From: an uncultured delta proteobacterium
GTDB taxonomy: Bacteria; Myxococcota_A; Polyangia; Polyangiales; Polyangiaceae
Assembly (NCBI GenBank): GCA_963841435.1
Contig: CAWJCS010000006.1
Span: 320,001 to 384,000, forward strand
Reading direction: 5' to 3'
DNA: 64,000 bases
A program made the position numbers and the translations under genes. Below the pieces are notes generated by a model. The model ran no database searches. It had not been told where the DNA came from and worked only from the letters and a program-made list of their open reading frames with translations. Of the stretch, positions 59,685 to 64,000 are shown piece by piece. Numbering within the stretch: position 1 is the first letter of the stretch; each line of letters begins with the position of its first letter.

Positions 59685-61667
59685 TCACTGCACGCCGCCG
59701 ACGAGCCACGCGAACGCCGGAACGAGCACCTGCTCCGGTCGCGCGCCGCCTTGCAGCGCGGCACCCGAGCCCTCGCGCTGGGGTGGCAGCACGAAGCCGT
59801 GGTCGCCGAACACGAAAAGCAGGGTGCGTGGTGGAAGCGTCTCGATGACGGCGGTGACGGCGCCCGCGACCTCGTGCGCGATGCTCGCGAGCCGTTCGCT
59901 CTCGGGCGGTCCCGGGTCCATGACGCTGGCCTCGACGAGGTCGAGCTTGAGAAGCTCACGATGTCCGGCCTTGATGCGCCTCGGCGTGCGCGCCATGCGC
60001 CCGCGTGCCACCGGCACGTCGCCGTCCCCGATACTCGAGAAATCGACCAGACCCGCGGGGCCGCGCGCCATGAGCTCGAGCTGCGTGCGGGTGTCGGAGG
60101 GTAGGCCCGACCACAAAAGCAGCCGCTCGGTGAGCGCGACCTCGTGCCCCAAGGCCTGGGTGACGTGGCGCTCCATGGCGAGCCCGAGATCGAAGCGGAG
60201 CCCGTCGACGAGCAGGAGCTGGACGGCGCGTGCGCCGTGCAGTCGGCCAATCCGGTGGGCGACATCGGGCACGTCGAGGACCATCGTGGGCCGCTTGCCA
60301 CGCAGGCGCAGCGCGTCGAAAGCCGCCGTGTAGCTCGCGGCGAAGCTCGTTGCCCAGGCTTCGAGCGCCGGCAGCGCGCGGTCGGAGGGCGCATCGCCGC
60401 GCAGCACTGCTTCGTGCAGCGGGACGTAGCTCGAGACGAACATGCGCTCGACGGCGGCGAGCGGCTTGGGGCCGTGCGCGCCCTCCAGCTCGGCGAGCCA
60501 CGTCGACCACTCGCGGGAGGGCTCGGCGAACGCCGGCTCGTTCGTCGCGTCCGTCGCCGTCGCGAGGAGGCTCTCGGCTTCGACGACCCGCGGGACGACC
60601 CCGGAGCGTTCCTTTTCGCCTGCCTCTTCGGGCGCCGTCGGCGCCCCGGTGGCTTCGGCGGTGGTGAGCTCGCCACCGTTCCACGAAGGCTCGCCAGCGA
60701 GCTCTTCCGGCTCGGCGGTCGGCTCGTCGCGAGGGGGCAGCTCCCGCAGCGTGGTGGGCTCGTCGCTGGCGAGCTGCGCGGGCTCGGCGGCGAGCTCGTC
60801 GCGGGCGGGCAGCTCGGGCTCGGCCTCGCCGGGGACGCTCGCAGGCGTCGCCGTTGGCCGGACGGCCGCTTCCACGGGGGGCGCGGCTGACGGCGCTACG
60901 GCGGGGGCCTCTGCGGCCGGCGGCTCCGGGGTCGTGGCCGAGAGCGTCTCGACGATGGCAGTCGCCAGGTCACCCGCGAGCACGGGCTCGCTCTTGGCCT
61001 CGCGGACCGGGGGCGCGGGCTCGCTGAGCTCCATCGCCTCGGTGCTCGCCTTCACGAACGGGTCCACGGCGGGGACGGCCTCGACGACACGCTCGTGCTC
61101 GCCGGGCGCGGGCTCGGTCACCAGGCGCTCGAGCGGCTCCGGGGGTCCGTAGATCGCGGTGCCGCGGTCCCGCTCGTCGAGCAGAACGACGAGTGGGCGC
61201 GAGCGCGTGGCGTCGAGCAAGAAGCGCAGCACGGCACTGTCCTCGGCATCGAGCGCCCCGGCGAGCGTCGCTACGGCCTCGAGCGAGCCGACGCCCAGGC
61301 AGATGCCGCGAAGCTCGACGAGTCGGGCGCGATAGAGCTGGTCACCCAGCGAGCTTTCGAGGTCCGTCGCCGCGCCGACTCCGGGCGGGCAGGCGCCGCG
61401 CCGCTCGAGCGCGCACTCAATCGCTTCCTCGAGGACGAGCGCGAGCTTGCCCCGGTCCGAAGCGCACGGCGGCGGCACCGCGACCGGAAGGAGACCTTCG
61501 CGATCGGCCCTCCGCAAGACATCGCTCGTGTCGCGCTCGGCAACGAATCGAGCCCCCGAAATCGCCTTCGCGTTGGGGCTGTCGCACCGAGCCGCGGGCG
61601 CGCCGTCGCCGACCCGCAGGCCGGAGGGTTGCGGAACTAGGAGCCCAGACAAGGGGACGACGCTCAT
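59685..61667 (-). CDS. Hypothetical protein with C-terminal PglZ-like (alkaline-phosphatase superfamily) domain
   Basis: LLVDGLRFD, LPSDT, FGDHGF, QGGARPEQVLVP; acidic Pro-rich linker; GAGAGG SD before ATG 61667. Confidence 0.65.
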   Translation of the reverse strand: MSVVPLSGLLVPQPSGLRVGDGAPAARCDSPNAKAISGARFVAERDTSDVLRRADREGLLPVAVPPPCASDRGKLALVLEEAIECALERRGACPPGVGAATDLESSLGDQLYRARLVELRGICLGVGSLEAVATLAGALDAEDSAVLRFLLDATRSRPLVVLLDERDRGTAIYGPPEPLERLVTEPAPGEHERVVEAVPAVDPFVKASTEAMELSEPAPPVREAKSEPVLAGDLATAIVETLSATTPEPPAAEAPAVAPSAAPPVEAAVRPTATPASVPGEAEPELPARDELAAEPAQLASDEPTTLRELPPRDEPTAEPEELAGEPSWNGGELTTAEATGAPTAPEEAGEKERSGVVPRVVEAESLLATATDATNEPAFAEPSREWSTWLAELEGAHGPKPLAAVERMFVSSYVPLHEAVLRGDAPSDRALPALEAWATSFAASYTAAFDALRLRGKRPTMVLDVPDVAHRIGRLHGARAVQLLLVDGLRFDLGLAMERHVTQALGHEVALTERLLLWSGLPSDTRTQLELMARGPAGLVDFSSIGDGDVPVARGRMARTPRRIKAGHRELLKLDLVEASVMDPGPPESERLASIAHEVAGAVTAVIETLPPRTLLFVFGDHGFVLPPQREGSGAALQGGARPEQVLVPAFAWLVGGVQ

Positions 61668-61789
61668 CGCCCGGAAACCTCTCAAGAACTTGGGGGAAGG
61701 GCCTAGTTTTCGGAAAATTCCCAAGTTCGCCCACGAGCCGGCCCGTCGAAACCGGCCCATGAGAACCTCGGCTCGCGGGCCTGCTCGCG

Positions 61790-61819
61790 TTGACGGGATG
61801 GATCGGAGATCCTTATGCT
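61790..61819 (+). promoter_or_regulatory. Sigma70 promoter of the 6S RNA
   Basis: TTGACG (61790-61795), 18-nt spacer, TATGCT (61814-61819). Confidence 0.7.
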
Positions 61820-61823
61820 GATT

Positions 61824-62021
61824 GAGGTTCCCTCTGCAGAGCTCGTGGAGGCCGTAGCAACGAATCCCTGACAGCACCGAACCGGGAGGCGACGAGCGGT
61901 GGAGCGCTAGGCCCGGGATACCTCACCGGGAAGCCAGAAGCCGTTCAGACCAAGCCCCCCACCTAGCGAAGCTAGGGGTTCGGCTACAGAAACTCGCGAC
62001 TCGACGCGGTAAGGAGCCCTC
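61824..62021 (+). ncRNA. ssrS: 6S RNA (probable)
   Basis: About 198-nt self-complementary rod: GAGG/CCTC, CTGC/GCGG, GTAG/CTAC, CCGAACC/GGTTCGG; GGGAG and CCCACCT motifs resemble 6S; sigma70 promoter directly upstream. Confidence 0.72.
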
Positions 62022-62124
62022 GAACGGGTCGTCGCAAGATGCGGCGGCCCGTTCGAGTCTTTGCCCCGACAGCGCCCCCGGAGCACCTTCCGTCGTCGGC
62101 CGTCGTCGGGTACCTTGCCCCGCC

Positions 62125-62988
62125 ATGACTGCCCCCCGTTCCCCGCGCACGAGCTCCCCTGGGCGCCCCTTTGGTCGGCGCATCGCGCCCTGGCTAGCAG
62201 CGCTCGCGCTCGTCGCTCCCGCGGCTCATGCCGCGAAAGTGCGAGGCCGCGTGGACGGTGTGCGCAACCTCCTAAATCCGGTGTGGGCGGACGCGCGAGA
62301 CCCCAAGTACCACGGCTACTCGTTCCGGGAACCGGTCCCGACGGTCCGCGCCGAGTTCCGGCGTCTGTTCCCCCACGCACCCAAGGAGATCTGCGTGGTG
62401 GCGCTCGCGGCCGCGCCGCAGAAGACGCCGCCGCCAGTGCTCGTGCGCGTGGGCGGCGGCCGCACGACACCCGTGACGATCGTGGTGCCGCCGGGCACCC
62501 GGCTGACGTTCCAGAACACCGATGCGTTCAAGCACCGCTTGTTCGGCGTGAACATCAACACGTTCCAGCCGGCCGACACGCTGCGGGCCGCGAACCGCGA
62601 GTGGAGCGTCCCCGGGCCGGGCACGTTCGAGATTCGAGACGAGCTCGCGCCCAGCCTGCGCATGTGGGTGATCGGCGAGCCGACCGTCGCGGCCATCGCG
62701 TACCCGTCGCTCAAGGGTGACTTCGGGCTGAGCGTCGAGGAGCCCGGTGACTACGTGATCCAGGCGTACTTCTCGGGCAAGAAGGTCGGGCCCGCGGTGC
62801 CGCTCAAGATCGAGACGGCCGACATCGATCTGTCGAGGGCGCCGCTCAAGGTCGCCGACGAGAAGGCGGCGGCCGCCGCGGACAAGGCGGAGGCGGAGAA
62901 GGCGAAGGCCGACCAAGCTGCCGCGGACAAGGCGGAGGCGGAGAAGGCGAAGGCCGACCAAGCTGCCGCGGACGCCGGAGGCAAGTAG
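62125..62988 (+). CDS. Secreted hypothetical protein (cupredoxin-like beta fold suspected) with Ala/Lys/Glu tail
   Basis: Signal peptide (AHA-A); VVPPGTRLTFQNTDAFKH..PGTFEI pattern. Confidence 0.7.
   Translation: MTAPRSPRTSSPGRPFGRRIAPWLAALALVAPAAHAAKVRGRVDGVRNLLNPVWADARDPKYHGYSFREPVPTVRAEFRRLFPHAPKEICVVALAAAPQKTPPPVLVRVGGGRTTPVTIVVPPGTRLTFQNTDAFKHRLFGVNINTFQPADTLRAANREWSVPGPGTFEIRDELAPSLRMWVIGEPTVAAIAYPSLKGDFGLSVEEPGDYVIQAYFSGKKVGPAVPLKIETADIDLSRAPLKVADEKAAAAADKAEAEKAKADQAAADKAEAEKAKADQAAADAGGK
62875..62973 (+). repeat. 45-bp exact coding tandem duplication (AADKAEAEKAKADQA x2)
   Basis: 62875-62919 is identical to 62920-62964, plus a 9-bp partial copy. Confidence 0.85.
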
Positions 62989-64000
62989 ATGCTGCTCTCG
63001 CGTTTTTGGTACGTGCTGCTCGGCCTCCTGCTCGGCGGCGCCCTGTTCCTGCTCTCCATCGCCTCGAGCATGTACAACCGCTCGGGCCTCCGCGCGCGCG
63101 CCGAGGCGCTGTCCTCCGACGCGCAGGTCGTCTCCTGGTACCTGCGCGACGACGCGCGCCAGCGCGCGGCCCAGCTGATTCCGTTCGCGCTCGACGCCGA
63201 TATCGCGAAGAGCCTGCAACGCTCCACGGAGAGCGAAAACAAGGTCCCGAGCGACGTACGCGTGAAGCTCGCCGAAGCCCTGAAGAGGGTGAACGAGCAG
63301 ATCCCCAAGGAGCTCGCGTTCGACTCCGTGTTCGCCGTCGACCAGGAAGGCCGCGTCGTCGCCTACCTCGGCTACGTCCAGGCGAGTGGCCAGGAGGATT
63401 TCGAGCTCGGCGGTTACCCCGTCGTGGCCGACGCTCTGCATGGCTACGTTCGGGACGACACGCTCGTCCTCGATCGACCGTACCGGGTGGTCGCGCGCCC
63501 CGTGGAGTACGACCTCTCGAGCCTGCCGGCAGGTGCGATCGTCGGGGCGCGGGTCATCGACGACCACTTCGCGCGGGAGCTGTCGCAGCGTACGGGCGCC
63601 GCCGTCGCCTTCTACGCCAACGGCCAGCGCGCGGCGGCCGCAGCGCCGGAAGGCTTCGACACGGCGCAGCTCGATCAGATCATCGGGGATCTGGGCGATC
63701 TCCAGCAAGACAAGGAGTATCAGGAGAAGGGGCGGAGCGGTGTGCGCGAGATCGGCACGCTACTGAGCGTCCAGTACACCAAGCTCCCCGGCGAAGCCTG
63801 GCAGCTCGGTGCGGGCTACGCGGTCGCGCGCCTGCCAGCCGCCGTGTCCGGTCCCTTCGGGTTCTTCGCCAAGGCCGATGACAAGGACAAGCAGGCGGGC
63901 AATCTTTTCTTCGCGCTCGCCGTGGCGCTCGTGGGCGCGGGGCTCGGCATCGCCTTTAGCCTGCTCGAGCACACGCGTCCGCTTCGCATCTTCAAGGCCG
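62989..64000 (+). CDS. Membrane protein TM - Cache-like domain - TM (possibly MXAN_5187-like), 3' truncated
   Basis: ATG directly after the upstream TAG; MLLSRFWYVLLGLLLGG TM; VFAVDQEGRVVA..YPVVADALHG; second TM near the window end; absent from the ORF track because there is no stop. Confidence 0.7.
   Translation, partial: MLLSRFWYVLLGLLLGGALFLLSIASSMYNRSGLRARAEALSSDAQVVSWYLRDDARQRAAQLIPFALDADIAKSLQRSTESENKVPSDVRVKLAEALKRVNEQIPKELAFDSVFAVDQEGRVVAYLGYVQASGQEDFELGGYPVVADALHGYVRDDTLVLDRPYRVVARPVEYDLSSLPAGAIVGARVIDDHFARELSQRTGAAVAFYANGQRAAAAAPEGFDTAQLDQIIGDLGDLQQDKEYQEKGRSGVREIGTLLSVQYTKLPGEAWQLGAGYAVARLPAAVSGPFGFFAKADDKDKQAGNLFFALAVALVGAGLGIAFSLLEHTRPLRIFKA

Noticed and set aside
59685..61667. 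BREX/Pgl defence island
   Set aside because: No brxC/pglY ATPase, pglX methyltransferase, brxL or mobility genes; the nearby methyltransferase (49770) lacks DNA-MTase motifs such as NPPY/DPPY
61860..61990. c-di-AMP (ydaO) or cobalamin riboswitch, RNase P, tmRNA or SRP RNA
   Set aside because: Signature motifs absent or in the wrong order; end-to-end rod and motifs fit 6S better

Overview
64 kb of very GC-rich, gene-dense bacterial chromosome. MYXO-CTERM tails, Gly- and Cys-rich lipoproteins, a TIGR04563-type small protein and an FHA-GAF sigma54 activator point to a myxobacterium, probably Polyangia/Sorangiineae-like (inference from gene content). Most of it is housekeeping or envelope function: pgpA, glpAB, acnA, a three-gene succinate dehydrogenase with a mycobacterial Sdh1-like anchor, a fused LeuD-LeuC-type dehydratase, SlyD, HtrA, CtpA, an M16 pair, CtaA, xylA, lepB, gpsA, two ECF sigma factors and two-component genes. 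I see no mobile element, CRISPR array, rRNA or tRNA. Reading the intergenic DNA gave a probable 6S RNA with its own sigma70 promoter (~61824-62021). It also gave a near-consensus sigma54 promoter pointing into a G-rich hairpin with no downstream CDS, a candidate new sRNA at ~50850-50936. Other highlights: a coupled surface operon of PQQ-dehydrogenase / di-heme lipoprotein / PQQ-dehydrogenase; a stand-alone degenerate PglZ-like protein divergent from the 6S RNA; a HisKA protein lacking its ATPase domain coupled to a complete kinase; a miniaturised hybrid kinase; and a Cys-rich lipoprotein gene split by one in-frame TGA. About seven single-base indels break otherwise intact genes and are probably long-read errors. 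All family calls are from motif recognition; no searches were run.
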